NCBI RefSeq assembly: GCF_049075655.1
Contig: NZ_CP157522.1
Location: 1-64,000, forward strand
DNA from: Methanothermococcus sp. Ax23
Lineage (GTDB): Archaea > AGJL01 > Methanococci > Methanococcales > Methanococcaceae
Reading direction: 5' to 3'
DNA: 64,000 nucleotides
The notes below the pieces were generated by a model. The model was not told the origin of the DNA. It searched no databases and saw only the letters and a program-made list of their open reading frames with translations. The position numbers were made by a program, and so were the translations under genes. Shown in pieces: positions 21,534 through 33,805 of this stretch (the first letter of the stretch is position 1; each line of letters opens with the position of its first letter).

Positions 21534-22913
21534 TTAAATTTTACATTTTTTTAATTTATTTATTACATTTTTTACCTTATCCTTATCTGTTAAATCAACA
21601 ACCATAACACCTTTTTTTCTCAGCATTTTAATAATTCTCTGCCTATACAAATAATGATTATAAATTTCCCGTAATGTTTCTTCATTGGATAAATCATCTT
21701 TATTAATATTGAAAGATGGGCTGTATAATGCATATATTATTACCTTAAATCCTTTTTTAGTGAGCATATTAATACTTTTTAAAAGGGGCACAATATTTGA
21801 ATCCAAATCAGTGAATATCATCACCACCCCAGTTTTCATTTTCATTAAATACCTTGCACATTCAAATATACCTGAGCTCCCTTTTTTCTTTCTTGATAAA
21901 TATGAGTGAATAATATTATTTTCATACCTTCGGTTTTCGTAATTTAAATTTTTATAATATTCAATATCGCTCACAGTTGGGATATATTTATCTACCAGAA
22001 TAGGCTTAATATTTAAAAGTTCTTTCTCAATATGTTGTTGAAAAATGGTATTTTTAGAAAACCTAATGTTTTTAATTTTCTTTTTATTTATTGGACTTGA
22101 TTTTACGATTTTGTAATCATCATATAAAAAAAGATAGGTATCATTTTCATTACTGCTTTTTATGAAATTTAATAATATGCTTGTTGCATAATTGATTTTA
22201 TTTTTATTTTCATCGATGGATTTTCTCATACTATGTCCAATATCTAAAAAATAATATATACTCTGGTCTTCCATACGCAGTAGTTTCCTAACGATTATTG
22301 AATCCCCACTACTAGATTTTTTCCAATCTATTTTCTTGAAATCATCGCCAAGTTCGTAAATTTTTAATTCATCAAATTCTGGTTCAACAATACTACTAAA
22401 TGTTGATTTTACATACCCCTCCTGCTCAATACTATGCTTTAACCCTTCAATGGATGGTGCAACATCAAATTTAAATGACTTTAAATAATCAATAAAATTT
22501 AGTGTTCGTTTATCAAATATTTTGCCTATTAAATCAACAGTAAATTCTCCTTTTTTATATGGTAGGATATTTACCAAATACTTAATAACCTTATTATTGT
22601 AAGATTCAAGGGAACTCTCATTAAGGATATTTGATGAAATTATACCATGTTTTGATATGAATTTTAAATGTGGTTTTGCATTGGTTTTATAAATATTAAC
22701 TATCATGTTTGCAGGAGTATATTCTTTTAGATTTGCATTCTTATCCATATTTAAATTTATCTCAAAATCCACTATTTTTTCTGTAAAATACAGATATATA
22801 AAGATAAAAACCCCCATAAATACGGCATACAAATTATTTAATAAATATCCATTTGCATAACAAATTATTCCAAATATGGATAATATCTTTGAATACAGTG
22901 TTTTATTCATCAA
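21534..22913 (-). CDS. DUF58 / vWA-like protein with N-terminal TM helices
   Basis: EFDELKIYELGDDFKKIDWK, FLDIGHSM, IFTDL; follows MoxR. Confidence 0.85.
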   Translation of the reverse strand: MMNKTLYSKILSIFGIICYANGYLLNNLYAVFMGVFIFIYLYFTEKIVDFEINLNMDKNANLKEYTPANMIVNIYKTNAKPHLKFISKHGIISSNILNESSLESYNNKVIKYLVNILPYKKGEFTVDLIGKIFDKRTLNFIDYLKSFKFDVAPSIEGLKHSIEQEGYVKSTFSSIVEPEFDELKIYELGDDFKKIDWKKSSSGDSIIVRKLLRMEDQSIYYFLDIGHSMRKSIDENKNKINYATSILLNFIKSSNENDTYLFLYDDYKIVKSSPINKKKIKNIRFSKNTIFQQHIEKELLNIKPILVDKYIPTVSDIEYYKNLNYENRRYENNIIHSYLSRKKKGSSGIFECARYLMKMKTGVVMIFTDLDSNIVPLLKSINMLTKKGFKVIIYALYSPSFNINKDDLSNEETLREIYNHYLYRQRIIKMLRKKGVMVVDLTDKDKVKNVINKLKKCKI

Positions 22914-23011
22914 ATCCCCTAGTTTAAATTATCCTGAGTATTAAAAACTTTAAACCCATAAAACCCCGAAGGTTTTATTTATATCCTGAAAGCGAACATT
23001 ATCTATATTAA

Positions 23012-23944
23012 TTATTCCCACCTGAATTCCCCTTTTGGAACCTCAATCTTATCAAGCATATCTGCCAATATTTCTTCAACAGGCGTTTCTTCTTCATAAT
23101 CGAGTATCATCCTATGAGATAGAACTTTAAAGACATTATTCTTAACATCATCAGGAATTACATAAGCCCTATCGTCCAGATAAGCGTTGGCCTTTGCAAC
23201 TTTCAATAATTGAATCCCTGCTCTTGTGCTTGCTCCCAATACTATCCTGCTATCTTTTCTTGTAGCAACCACTATATCTCGTATGTATTTTAATATAGGT
23301 TGCGAAACATGAATGTTTTTTACAGTATTGAATACACCCCTAAGAGTTCCTTTATCCAAAACAGTATTTATCTGTTCAATATCATTTCCACCGCTCTTTT
23401 TTAAATATAATACCTTTAATTCATCATCCTCGCCTAAATAATCCATATCTAATTTCATCATAAATCTGTCAAGCTGTGCCGCAGGCAGTGAATATGTCCC
23501 CTCAAATTCAATGGGGTTTTGAGTAGCAATTACTATGAAAGGTTTTGGTAAGGTATATGTTTTTCCACCCACAGATATACTATTTTCTTCCATGGCCTCC
23601 AATAATGCAGACTGGGTTTTTGGAGACATCCTATTTATCTCATCCACTAAAACGATATTTGCAAATAACGGTCCAGGAATATATTGAAATTCCCCCATTT
23701 GCATCTTATATATTTCACCACCAGTTATATCTGATGGGATTAAATCAGGAGTGCCCTGTACCCTTGAAAAATATAGTCCCATGCATTTTGAAAATGATTT
23801 TGCTAATGTAGTTTTTGCCAGACCCGGAACCCCTTCTAACAAAATATGTCCCTCTGAAATCAGACATATAAATAAATCTCGAATAATATCATCCATCCCA
23901 ATTATTTCTTTTTTCATCTCATCTTTGATTTTTTCAAATACCAT
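23012..23944 (-). CDS. MoxR-family AAA+ ATPase
   Basis: GHILLEGVPGLAKT, DEINRMSPKTQSALLEAMEE, ATQNPIE, AQLDRF. Confidence 0.95.
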   Translation of the reverse strand: MVFEKIKDEMKKEIIGMDDIIRDLFICLISEGHILLEGVPGLAKTTLAKSFSKCMGLYFSRVQGTPDLIPSDITGGEIYKMQMGEFQYIPGPLFANIVLVDEINRMSPKTQSALLEAMEENSISVGGKTYTLPKPFIVIATQNPIEFEGTYSLPAAQLDRFMMKLDMDYLGEDDELKVLYLKKSGGNDIEQINTVLDKGTLRGVFNTVKNIHVSQPILKYIRDIVVATRKDSRIVLGASTRAGIQLLKVAKANAYLDDRAYVIPDDVKNNVFKVLSHRMILDYEEETPVEEILADMLDKIEVPKGEFRWE

Positions 23945-23963
23945 AATACCATCCTATTTCATT

Positions 23964-24950
23964 TTATTTCATTTTATCCAATATCTTATATACAATAGTT
24001 TTATCCATATCATACTTTTTAATTATATTATCCAATATCCCCTCAAAATTAATTTTATTATTATTTTTCTCATTTAAATGTTTTAATAATTTATTATTCT
24101 TTATTTTATTCATCAATTTTATACATATGTTATTGGAGCTCTCCACAATGACAGCAATTATTAATATTATTATCGACAAATAACTCAAAAATTTAGGGGT
24201 TATATTGTTGTTATTTATAACTATTGTAGCCATATTTTGTGGATTTACGTCCGAGTGATGATACTCATCAAAATATATGTATTTATTGGTATAATTGAAG
24301 TAAGTTTTTAAAAACTCCTTATTCACTTTAAATAAACCATTGGTAAATAAATTAGGGTCAGAAATTAATATTATTTTTCCATTACCGTAATCTTTTTCCA
24401 CTATTAAAGGATATGATTTTTCATTATTTGGTTTTGGATAGCTATTGATACCACTTGAATCACTGGATGATATTATTATATTTCCATTTATATTTCCATC
24501 TATTGCCGTAGGATTTTTTAATAAAATATACCCTTGGTCATACAATGCTATTGGTTCTATTATGTCATAAAGTGGCTTATTTGAAAATCTGTTCGATATA
24601 TTTATATATCTTAAAATACTGTTTCCCCTGTTAAAATTATCTGCAATAACGAGGGTATTTCCAGAAGAAACATAATTTTTTAGGAGCTCACCCTCGTTTT
24701 TGGTAAAATCAACATCCGGGGCTATAACAAATAAAACTGAATTTTCTTTTAAATTTGTATCTAAATAGGGATATATTAAAGGTTTTACTGCATTATTCTC
24801 ATGCATTAAAGCTAAAAAATTTGAACAACCCTCCTCTTTTGTGTTAAATACACTATATGATTGAGTGGTTTTAATCGTTGGAATTAGCAAAGGCATAGAT
24901 ACAAACCCTACCAATACTATCATCAGCAAAATATAATGTTCTATTCTCAT
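23964..24950 (-). CDS. DUF4350-like surface protein
   Basis: N-terminal TM, YSVFN..GCS, GNGKIILISDPNLFTN, YFDEYH, C-terminal TM. Confidence 0.75.
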   Translation of the reverse strand: MRIEHYILLMIVLVGFVSMPLLIPTIKTTQSYSVFNTKEEGCSNFLALMHENNAVKPLIYPYLDTNLKENSVLFVIAPDVDFTKNEGELLKNYVSSGNTLVIADNFNRGNSILRYINISNRFSNKPLYDIIEPIALYDQGYILLKNPTAIDGNINGNIIISSSDSSGINSYPKPNNEKSYPLIVEKDYGNGKIILISDPNLFTNGLFKVNKEFLKTYFNYTNKYIYFDEYHHSDVNPQNMATIVINNNNITPKFLSYLSIIILIIAVIVESSNNICIKLMNKIKNNKLLKHLNEKNNNKINFEGILDNIIKKYDMDKTIVYKILDKMK

Positions 24951-25150
24951 GAGTTTTCACCATCTGAGCGAAGCATAGGGAAGCACCATAACTTCGAAGG
25001 ATTATTATTAAATTAATATATTTATTTTAATTATAAATATATTATGATTATTTGAATCGACATTTAACGAACATATATTCATTATAAATCGAAATCATTA
25101 TATAGTAGTTTGTAATGATTAATAATTATAAATCAAAGAAAGGTGGTGTT

Positions 25151-27052
25151 ATGAAATCAGGGGATAAATACATACCCCTAGAAAAATTAAATGGGATGAA
25201 AAAGGAGGCGTTAGAAAATCCCAAAAAATTTTGGGGGGAGCAAGCAAGGTGTTTGGATTGGAACAAAACATGGGACAAGGTTTTGGAATGGAAACCTCCA
25301 TACGCAAAATGGTTTGTTAATGGAAGGTTAAATGCCTGTTATAATTGTGTAGATAGGCATATATTGGACAATAAAAGAAATAAAGCTGCCATAATATGGG
25401 AAGGGGAAAACGGGGAAAGTAGAATAATGACCTATTACGAACTTTATAGGGAAGTAAATAAATTTGCAAATGTTTTGCAGAATTTGGGCGTAGAAACTGG
25501 GGACCGAGTGGCAATATATATGCCCATGATACCAGAAGCTGCAATAGCCATGCTTGCATGCGCAAGGATTGGGGCAATACATACTGTGGTGTTCTCGGGG
25601 TTCTCAGCTGATGCACTTGCAGAACGAATAAATGATGCACAGGCAAAGGTTTTGATAACCTCTGATATACTCTATAGAAGGGGTAAAAAGATAGATTTAA
25701 AAAGCATAGTTGATAAGGCACTTTTAAACTGCCATACTATAAACCATACTGTATATGTAAAAAGAAACAACGACTTAAAGTTAATAGAGGGAAGGGATTA
25801 TTGTTGGGATGAACTTATGAAGGGGGCAAAAAACTATGTAGAACCTGTGTCTGTGGAATCAAATCATCCATTGTTCATATTATACACAAGCGGAACTACT
25901 GGAAAACCAAAAGGAGTTGTGCATTCAACGGGAGGTTATATGGTCTATACGACAAAAACAATGGAATGGACTTGGGGTCTTAATGATATGGATGTATTCT
26001 GGTGTACAGCAGATATTGGATGGATAACAGGGCATAGCTATGTGGTCTATGCACCATTGGCATTGGGAACAACCATTGTAATGTACGAGGGGGCCATAGA
26101 TCATCCAAACCCTGGAAGAATCTGGGAAATCATAGAAAACCATGGCGTTACTATATTATACACTGCACCAACTGCAATAAGAATGTTAATGATGTATGGG
26201 GAAGTATGGGTAAAAAACTATGATTTATCGACAATTAGAATGCTGGGAAGTGTTGGGGAGCCGATAAATCCAAGGGCATGGAAATGGTATTACGAGGTTG
26301 TGGGTCAAGGACGATGTCCAATATGTGATTGTTATTGGCAGACAGAGACCGGAGGGCATATGATATACCCTCCAGCAGGCATTCAAGATATCCCGTTAAA
26401 ACCCGGTTCAGCCACATTTCCTGGCATAGGTATAGATGCAGATATTGTAGATGAAGATGGAAACTCACTTCCCGCAAATAAAAGGGGATTATTGGTTATT
26501 AAAAACCCATGGCCTGGAATGTTAATTGGATTATGGAAAAATAATGCAAGATATGAAGCAGCATATTGGAAAAGAATACCAAACTGCTATTGTCCATCAG
26601 ATTATGCAATTAGGGATGAAGATGGCTATTTCTGGATACTTGGTAGGGCGGATGAAGTTTTAAATGTAGCGGGGCATAGAATAGGAACCGCAGAACTTGA
26701 ACATGTTCTTGTTTCCCATCCAGCAGTTGCAGAAGCTGCTGTTATAGGAAGACCAGATGATATCAAGGGGGAAGTTCCGGTAGCATTTATTATATTAAAT
26801 AATAACTACCCTAATAAAAAAGAATTAAAGGAAGAGCTTATAAAATATGTAAAAGAAACCATGGGGCCTATTGCCACACCATCTATGATTTTCTTCGTTA
26901 ATAAACTTCCAAAAACAAGAAGTGGAAAGATTATGAGGCGAGTCCTTAAAAAATTAATAATGGGCGAAGAATTAGGGGATTTATCTACAATAGAAGATAA
27001 TGCAAGTATAGATGAAGTTAAAAAAGAATTAAAGGATTTTGAATATATATAA
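25151..27052 (+). CDS. acs: acetyl-CoA synthetase (AMP-forming)
   Basis: [30 protein letters not shown]; ATG 25151 after AGGTGG. Confidence 0.95.
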   Translation: MKSGDKYIPLEKLNGMKKEALENPKKFWGEQARCLDWNKTWDKVLEWKPPYAKWFVNGRLNACYNCVDRHILDNKRNKAAIIWEGENGESRIMTYYELYREVNKFANVLQNLGVETGDRVAIYMPMIPEAAIAMLACARIGAIHTVVFSGFSADALAERINDAQAKVLITSDILYRRGKKIDLKSIVDKALLNCHTINHTVYVKRNNDLKLIEGRDYCWDELMKGAKNYVEPVSVESNHPLFILYTSGTTGKPKGVVHSTGGYMVYTTKTMEWTWGLNDMDVFWCTADIGWITGHSYVVYAPLALGTTIVMYEGAIDHPNPGRIWEIIENHGVTILYTAPTAIRMLMMYGEVWVKNYDLSTIRMLGSVGEPINPRAWKWYYEVVGQGRCPICDCYWQTETGGHMIYPPAGIQDIPLKPGSATFPGIGIDADIVDEDGNSLPANKRGLLVIKNPWPGMLIGLWKNNARYEAAYWKRIPNCYCPSDYAIRDEDGYFWILGRADEVLNVAGHRIGTAELEHVLVSHPAVAEAAVIGRPDDIKGEVPVAFIILNNNYPNKKELKEELIKYVKETMGPIATPSMIFFVNKLPKTRSGKIMRRVLKKLIMGEELGDLSTIEDNASIDEVKKELKDFEYI

Positions 27053-27080
27053 TAGTTTTATTTTACTTTTTTATATTCTT

Positions 27081-28211
27081 TTATTTTTTCATTCTTCTAC
27101 ATACATGTACATATCTAGTCAAACTCTTATGGACATATAATTCATATATTTCTTTTAATTCTAAATTTTCCAAATTTATCTTTTTTGAAGATGCAAAGAC
27201 AATATATCCATTATTTTTTAAGACATTTTCCAAATTATTTAAAATGCCCTCAATATCTCCTTTTGCAGACGTTGAAATACCATAAGGGGGGTCAGTTATT
27301 ATTGCATCTACTTCTTTTATTTTTAGTGTATTTAAGTAGTTTTTAATATCTTTTGCATCCCATTTCTTCACAGATAATACTTTATCCATTAAATTATAGG
27401 ATTTGAGATTTAATATAGTCCCTTCAACCATTCTATCGTCGATATCACTACCGATTAATTTGCATCCGATAAATCCTCCTTCAATTAAAAATCCGCCAGT
27501 TCCGCAAAATGGGTCAAGTAATATATCCCCTTCTTTTAACCTTGCCAAATTTACCATGCATCTTGCAAGTTTTGGAAGTATGCATCCAGGATGAAAGTAT
27601 GCCCTTAAATGAGGTCTGTTTTTTTGGAAGTATTCTTTATCTCTTTTTTCAACCAATAGTGCCAAATAAATCCTATCTTTTAATAATACTACCTTTATAA
27701 CTTTTGATGGATGTTTAAGATTTACCTTTGCACCAGTTTTTTCCTTTATTATTCTTCCCACTTCTCTTTCAACAGCCATTGAATCTATTTTTTTTACATT
27801 TTTTTCTTTTTCTTTTTTACCTTTTTCTTCCTGTTTAATTTCCTTTGGAATTTTAAGAGCTCGGACTGCAAAGGTATCTTTTGATACATTTATATCTAAT
27901 ATATCATCCAGAGGTAAATCCATCAACTTTTTATAAAATACGCTGAGGGCTTCGTTTAGGAGCTCCCCTATATATTCCATTTCAAAGACTATTAAATGAC
28001 CTTCATTTATATAGGCACTTCTTTTTGTTATGTTTTTTATATTTTTTATATATTCTACTTTTGATTCATCGTTATTGTTTAATCCATCCAATACTGCATA
28101 ATTGTCGAACATAGTTAAATTTTTATTAATATTGTATATTTCTAAAAGTGCGTTTAATTCTGAATGTGGAAGTGTTTCATGCTCTTTTCCAAGTAAAAAT
28201 CCCATTTTCAT
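27081..28211 (-). CDS. trm11: tRNA (guanine10-N2)-methyltransferase, THUMP plus MTase (Trm11/TrmG10 family)
   Basis: HPGCILPKLARCMVNL, LDPFCGTGG, TDPPYG, VHKSLTR. Confidence 0.88.
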   Translation of the reverse strand: MKMGFLLGKEHETLPHSELNALLEIYNINKNLTMFDNYAVLDGLNNNDESKVEYIKNIKNITKRSAYINEGHLIVFEMEYIGELLNEALSVFYKKLMDLPLDDILDINVSKDTFAVRALKIPKEIKQEEKGKKEKEKNVKKIDSMAVEREVGRIIKEKTGAKVNLKHPSKVIKVVLLKDRIYLALLVEKRDKEYFQKNRPHLRAYFHPGCILPKLARCMVNLARLKEGDILLDPFCGTGGFLIEGGFIGCKLIGSDIDDRMVEGTILNLKSYNLMDKVLSVKKWDAKDIKNYLNTLKIKEVDAIITDPPYGISTSAKGDIEGILNNLENVLKNNGYIVFASSKKINLENLELKEIYELYVHKSLTRYVHVCRRMKK

Positions 28212-28408
28212 AGTATCAACAACTTTAAATTTATTTTTTATATAGGTATTATGCAAAGGAGTATAAAAAAATATTTATATCGTCCAAACTTAAATTATAT
28301 TAAATTAAATAAACAATGGTATTCTTGAATTATTTAGGGTATTATTTAGGTGCCACTTATGGAAGCACCACCGTTTATATTTAAATAGTATGATGGTGAT
28401 TAATAATT

Positions 28409-28927
28409 ATGAAATTATATATATACCACACAAACCAGTGTGACCCGAAAAAATGCACTGCATTGAAAATGGGCAGACTTGAAATGGCAAAAATTATAAA
28501 AAACCATTATAAAATACCAAGGAACAGTATATTATTAAATCCCTTTGCAGAAACTGCGGTTTCTGTTGAAGATAGACCAATAATTGAAAAATACGGTATA
28601 ATGGCGTTGGATTGTTCTTGGAAACAGGCGGAGAAAGTATTTAAAATAACAAACTCCAAAAACCAGCGAAGTCTCCCATTTTTAGTGGCAGCGAATCCAG
28701 TAAATTATGGAAAACCTTGCAAACTTTCAACCTTGGAAGCATTCATTGCGACACTTTATATCGCAAACTATAAAAAGGATGCCCTCTCTTTATTAAATGG
28801 TTTCAAATGGGCAAAAACTTTTATAGATATTAATAAAGAATTGCTTGAAAGTTATTGTGGTAAGACTTCCAAGGAAATTATCCAAATTCAAAACGAGTTT
28901 TTACAAAAACATTGTAAAAATAGATGA
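28409..28927 (+). CDS. tsr3: SSU rRNA aminocarboxypropyltransferase Tsr3 (DUF367)
   Basis: QCDPKKCT, LDCSW, RSLPFLVAANPVNYGKP. Confidence 0.93.
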   Translation: MKLYIYHTNQCDPKKCTALKMGRLEMAKIIKNHYKIPRNSILLNPFAETAVSVEDRPIIEKYGIMALDCSWKQAEKVFKITNSKNQRSLPFLVAANPVNYGKPCKLSTLEAFIATLYIANYKKDALSLLNGFKWAKTFIDINKELLESYCGKTSKEIIQIQNEFLQKHCKNR

Positions 28928-29026
28928 AAACTTAAATTGGTTTTCTAAACACTTCAACCCTGAAAGAGTAAATAATATATATTGGAAAAAATATTCAAAA
29001 TTATTAATAATATCAAGGTGAGAAAC

Positions 29027-29170
29027 ATGGCATTTGAAGAAGCAATGAATAGAGTATTCAAGAAAAAAATCTGTATGAGATGCAACGCAAGAAACCCATG
29101 GAAAGCTACAAAATGTAGAAAATGCGGATACTCAAAATTAAGACCTAAGGCAAAGGAAGCTAGAGGATAA
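29027..29170 (+). CDS. rpl40e: 50S ribosomal protein L40e
   Basis: [26 protein letters not shown]; AAGGTGA RBS. Confidence 0.96.
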   Translation: MAFEEAMNRVFKKKICMRCNARNPWKATKCRKCGYSKLRPKAKEARG

Positions 29171-29239
29171 ACGAGTTGCTTTTATATTTAGATTTAGATT
29201 TGGATATTTTTTATTTTTTAATATTATTTATTTTATTTT

Positions 29240-29926
29240 CTAATTGGTTAATTCTTTAACAATTTCCACACATTCAGAAATGGCTTTTTTTAAAATCTTT
29301 TCACCGAGCTCCCTGTCGATTTTTACACCATATTTTTCAACAATTTCTGCCTCTTTATCGATATATATATTATTCTCTCGTGCTTCTTTTAGCCCCACCA
29401 TGCCTATTTCAGGATATTTATTGAAATCATGCTCTTTTAATCGATTTTCATCATCATCTGCTATCCCAATTACACAACCTATGGAGAGCTCCTCCGTTGC
29501 AGCATGGGTGAATGTTATATTTTTCAATATTATTTTTACATTATATTGGTTTTCCAAATCATTTAATAGGTTGGATATAATTGTATTTCCCCCATGGCAG
29601 TTTATTATTAAAAATTTTTTGATGCCAAGTTTTTTTCCTTCTTTTACGATGTATTTTATATATTCTACAACTTCCTCAGGTTTGTTGTGTATTCCGTGTT
29701 TCACATAATCATACTCAGTAGATGGCAGAACCACCCCTAAAAATTTTGCACCGGTTAAAATTGAAACATTTAACGAGATATATGAAGCGATTTTTGCATC
29801 AGTATCTATTGGTAAAACTGAACCATGATTTTCCAAAAAAGAACCTAATGCTATTATTCCAATCTCATGAACATTTTTATTTAATATTTTTCCAGAATTT
29901 AACCTCAATTCCACAATAACACCCAT
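29240..29926 (-). CDS. arfB: FAPy deformylase ArfB (creatininase family; riboflavin/F420 pathway)
   Basis: [25 protein letters not shown]. Confidence 0.85.
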   Translation of the reverse strand: MGVIVELRLNSGKILNKNVHEIGIIALGSFLENHGSVLPIDTDAKIASYISLNVSILTGAKFLGVVLPSTEYDYVKHGIHNKPEEVVEYIKYIVKEGKKLGIKKFLIINCHGGNTIISNLLNDLENQYNVKIILKNITFTHAATEELSIGCVIGIADDDENRLKEHDFNKYPEIGMVGLKEARENNIYIDKEAEIVEKYGVKIDRELGEKILKKAISECVEIVKELTN

Positions 29927-30049
29927 ATATTTTAGTTAAAGATAAATGATATATAGTTATTGAATAAATATAATAAAATATATTATTTTAGTATAATATT
30001 AATTTATCTACAAAATTATTTATTTAAGCACATTAAAGCGGTGAAAAGA

Positions 30050-30814
30050 ATGAATAATAAGGAATTAACTGATAAATTAACCAATTTTGTAAAAAACATG
30101 GTTAAAAATGCCAATGCAAAGGGAGTAGTAGTTGGTCTAAGCGGGGGCATAGATAGCTCATTAGTGGCTACATTGTGTGTAAAGGCACTTGGAAAAGATA
30201 GAGTTTTAGGAGTAATAATGCCCGAGAAGAATTCAAATCCAATGGATAAAGAGCATGCCGAATTAATTGCAAAAAAACTCGGCATAAAATATATAGTTTC
30301 AGATATAACAGATATTTTAAAGGCATTTGGAGCAGGGGGATATGTTCCAACAAGGGAATTTGATAAGGTGGCAGATGGAAATCTTAAACCAAGAATAAGG
30401 ATGTGCATATTGTATTACTTTGCAAATAAAAACAATTTGCTTGTTGCAGGAACTTCAAACAAATCAGAAATATACATGGGCTATGGAACAAAATACGGAG
30501 ATTTAGGAAGTGATTTTTTATTAATAGGAAACCTCTTTAAAACAGAAGTTAGAGAGCTCGCAAAATATTTGGGTGTTCCTGATGAAATAATAAACAAGGC
30601 ACCATCAGCAGGACTTTGGGAAGGTCAAACTGATGAGGCGGAGCTCGGAATAACTTATGAACTTCTTGATAAAATTTTAATGAGAATTGAAAATAATATG
30701 GATAAGGAATCAATTTCAAAGGAATTAAATGTTTCTATTTCGAAAATAGATGATATTTTAAAAAGAATAGAATTAAACAGACATAAATCAGAGCCATTGC
30801 CTATACCAAAATGA
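30050..30814 (+). CDS. nadE: NH3-dependent NAD+ synthetase
   Basis: GLSGGIDS, GYGTKYGD, KAPSAGLWEGQTDE. Confidence 0.96.
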   Translation: MNNKELTDKLTNFVKNMVKNANAKGVVVGLSGGIDSSLVATLCVKALGKDRVLGVIMPEKNSNPMDKEHAELIAKKLGIKYIVSDITDILKAFGAGGYVPTREFDKVADGNLKPRIRMCILYYFANKNNLLVAGTSNKSEIYMGYGTKYGDLGSDFLLIGNLFKTEVRELAKYLGVPDEIINKAPSAGLWEGQTDEAELGITYELLDKILMRIENNMDKESISKELNVSISKIDDILKRIELNRHKSEPLPIPK

Positions 30815-30939
30815 TTTAGATGATATTATATTTTTGAATAATATATTTATATTCATATCTATTTTCATCTTTAATTTTTTAATATATTGCATTTTACATT
30901 TTATATTTGCAAGATTTTCAGCCATTTTATTGTGATAAT

Positions 30940-31344
30940 ATGAAAAGAGAGGAATATTTTTTAAAACTCATTGAAACCATTGATGAACTTAAATATGAGA
31001 GTAAAAGTGGTATTCCCATACTTGTTGAGGGAAAAAAGGATATTGCATCGTTAAAGAAATTGGGCATCGATGGGAATTTTATAACTGTTTCATGCATGCC
31101 CTTTTTTGAAATTGCAGATGAGCTCGTAAAACAGGGTGTCAAAGAAGTTATTTTATTAACCGACTTTGACCGGGCTGGAAAACAGCATGCTAGGGAAATC
31201 ATAACAGAGCTCGAAAGAAAAAGAATTAAAGTAAATAAAAACATTAGAAGAGACATAATAAAATATGGTCATGGAGATTTAAAGGATATTGAAAGCTTGT
31301 ATCGCTATATTGTTAGAAAATGTGGAGATTTGGAGCATCTATAA
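30940..31344 (+). CDS. small TOPRIM-domain protein (UPF0292-like)
   Basis: ILVEGKKD, ILLTDFDRAG. Confidence 0.85.
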   Translation: MKREEYFLKLIETIDELKYESKSGIPILVEGKKDIASLKKLGIDGNFITVSCMPFFEIADELVKQGVKEVILLTDFDRAGKQHAREIITELERKRIKVNKNIRRDIIKYGHGDLKDIESLYRYIVRKCGDLEHL

Positions 31345-31383
31345 AGGTATATGTAATTATACCTATGATAATAATATGCGTAA

Positions 31384-32097
<714 letters not shown>

Positions 32098-32250
32098 AAT
32101 CACTTTGTGCTTTCAAAATTCAATGGTAATTTTATTGCTCACATGCTTTAAGTGAGATGAATATTATCATAAAAATTTATATAAATCATCTTCATATTCT
32201 AATTATATGTTATTATTTTCAAGATATAAAAAAATAAAATGCAATTATAA

Positions 32251-32268
32251 CCGAAAAGTTTAAATAGT
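32251..32268 (+). promoter_or_regulatory. BRE plus TATA box upstream of histone gene
   Basis: CCGAAAAGTTTAAATAGT matches the archaeal BRE/TATA pattern. Confidence 0.6.
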
Positions 32269-32347
32269 GGTAAAATACCAATTTAAATTGTATTTAAAAT
32301 ATATAACATACTTAAAACCAACTCTTAAATAAAAATAGGTGATATAT

Positions 32348-32548
32348 ATGGCAGAACTTCCAGTAGCTCCAATGGAAAGAATATTGAAAAAAGCAGGTGC
32401 TGAAAGAGTAAGCAGAGAAGCAGCAGTTCTCCTTGCTGAAGCATTAGAAGAAATAGCAATGGATATTGCTCAAACCTCCGTAGAATTAGCAAAACATGCT
32501 GGTAGAAAAACAGTAAAAGCTGATGATGTAAAAATGGCATTAAAATAA
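32348..32548 (+). CDS. archaeal histone (HMf family)
   Basis: [35 protein letters not shown]. Confidence 0.96.
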   Translation: MAELPVAPMERILKKAGAERVSREAAVLLAEALEEIAMDIAQTSVELAKHAGRKTVKADDVKMALK

Positions 32549-32625
32549 TTAATCTATTTTAGATTTTCTATTTTTATGTCTTTAATTTGACTAAATCCCC
32601 CTGTGTGTGGGGATAAACCAGTCGA

Positions 32626-33633
32626 TTATTTGTTAATAGATGATGGTGCTCTAGTTTTGCTTATTAGATAATCAAATAATTCGAATGCGTCATCCATTTT
32701 TTCTAGTTCCCTTATATTGATAGTTTTTACACGCCCTATGTCTTTTGCCCCTTTTTCTAAGATTAATAATGAATGGCTATTTAATATTGATGATAGCTGA
32801 TTTACAATTAATGCCTTTTTTCTAGTTTCTTCGGTTTCCATCTCTTCAATATTTGTTAATAACAATGTATTTATATGATATTCTTCATATTCATAAATAT
32901 CATGTTTTTCAGCAACTGCATCAAATGGTGCTTTTTTTGTCTCAATCATGTTGAATCCTAATTCATTAAGTAAATTCATCACATGTAGTTTAAATTCCTC
33001 ATCGTATCTATTAACATATTTATTGTTATCATCACAGGTTTCAGTGTTGAAAGTTTCATCTTCGTTTATTTCTAATTCCAAAGGTATTCCTTTAACTAAT
33101 GGAACATCCAAATACTGCTCTATTTTTAAAGCAACTTCAATGGAAGGATTTGCTTTATTTTGTTCATATTTATATATTGTTTTTCTTGAAACATTTGAAA
33201 ATTCTGCGAGCTCCCCCACTGAAATATTTAATTTTTCCCTAGTTTCTCTTAAAACATTCCCGTCAATATTCACAAAGAATCCACCTCTGCCAGCATAAAT
33301 AACAGGAGGGCTTCCTTCTAAATACAATTTAAATGTTTCAAATGTTATCGCCTTTATATTGTGTCGTTCATACACAACATCATCTTCCATTGGAACATTT
33401 CGAGTTCTAACTCCAATTAATAATGGAATGGCATTTAATATTCGGGATATTTTTATAAGTTCCATAGATTGTTCATTGCTTAAACTATCTATGTTTTTTA
33501 GTACTTTTATTAAATATTTTACATCATTCTTTCTAGCCAGTATATCAAAGCACGACCTGCTGAATGATTGTGAAACTACAAAATTATATCTATTCAATAA
33601 ATTCATGCACTCTGAAATTATAATCTCTCTCAT
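32626..33633 (-). CDS. archaeal HTH-XRE putative transcriptional regulator (MJ1164-like)
   Basis: SCFDILAR, IKVLKNIDS, YAGRGGFFV, HTH SVGELAEFSNVSRKTIYKYE. Confidence 0.85.
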   Translation of the reverse strand: MREIIISECMNLLNRYNFVVSQSFSRSCFDILARKNDVKYLIKVLKNIDSLSNEQSMELIKISRILNAIPLLIGVRTRNVPMEDDVVYERHNIKAITFETFKLYLEGSPPVIYAGRGGFFVNIDGNVLRETREKLNISVGELAEFSNVSRKTIYKYEQNKANPSIEVALKIEQYLDVPLVKGIPLELEINEDETFNTETCDDNNKYVNRYDEEFKLHVMNLLNELGFNMIETKKAPFDAVAEKHDIYEYEEYHINTLLLTNIEEMETEETRKKALIVNQLSSILNSHSLLILEKGAKDIGRVKTINIRELEKMDDAFELFDYLISKTRAPSSINK

Positions 33634-33805
33634 AATCCCACCTATCACTATTTTATATATATTCAAATACACCAATAATATCTAATTCTAAACTATCCAA
33701 TATATATTATTTACGGAAATATAATATAAATATATTTCTTTATATGATAGGTATAAATTATATCATACCTATTATTCCATAGATACACATGGTGAAAATG
33801 ATAAT

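Noticed and set aside
27790-27845. Lys/Asn-rich loops in Trm11, ManC, RfcL and DUF356
   Set aside because: Low-complexity A-rich linkers typical of AT-rich genomes; no shared motif.
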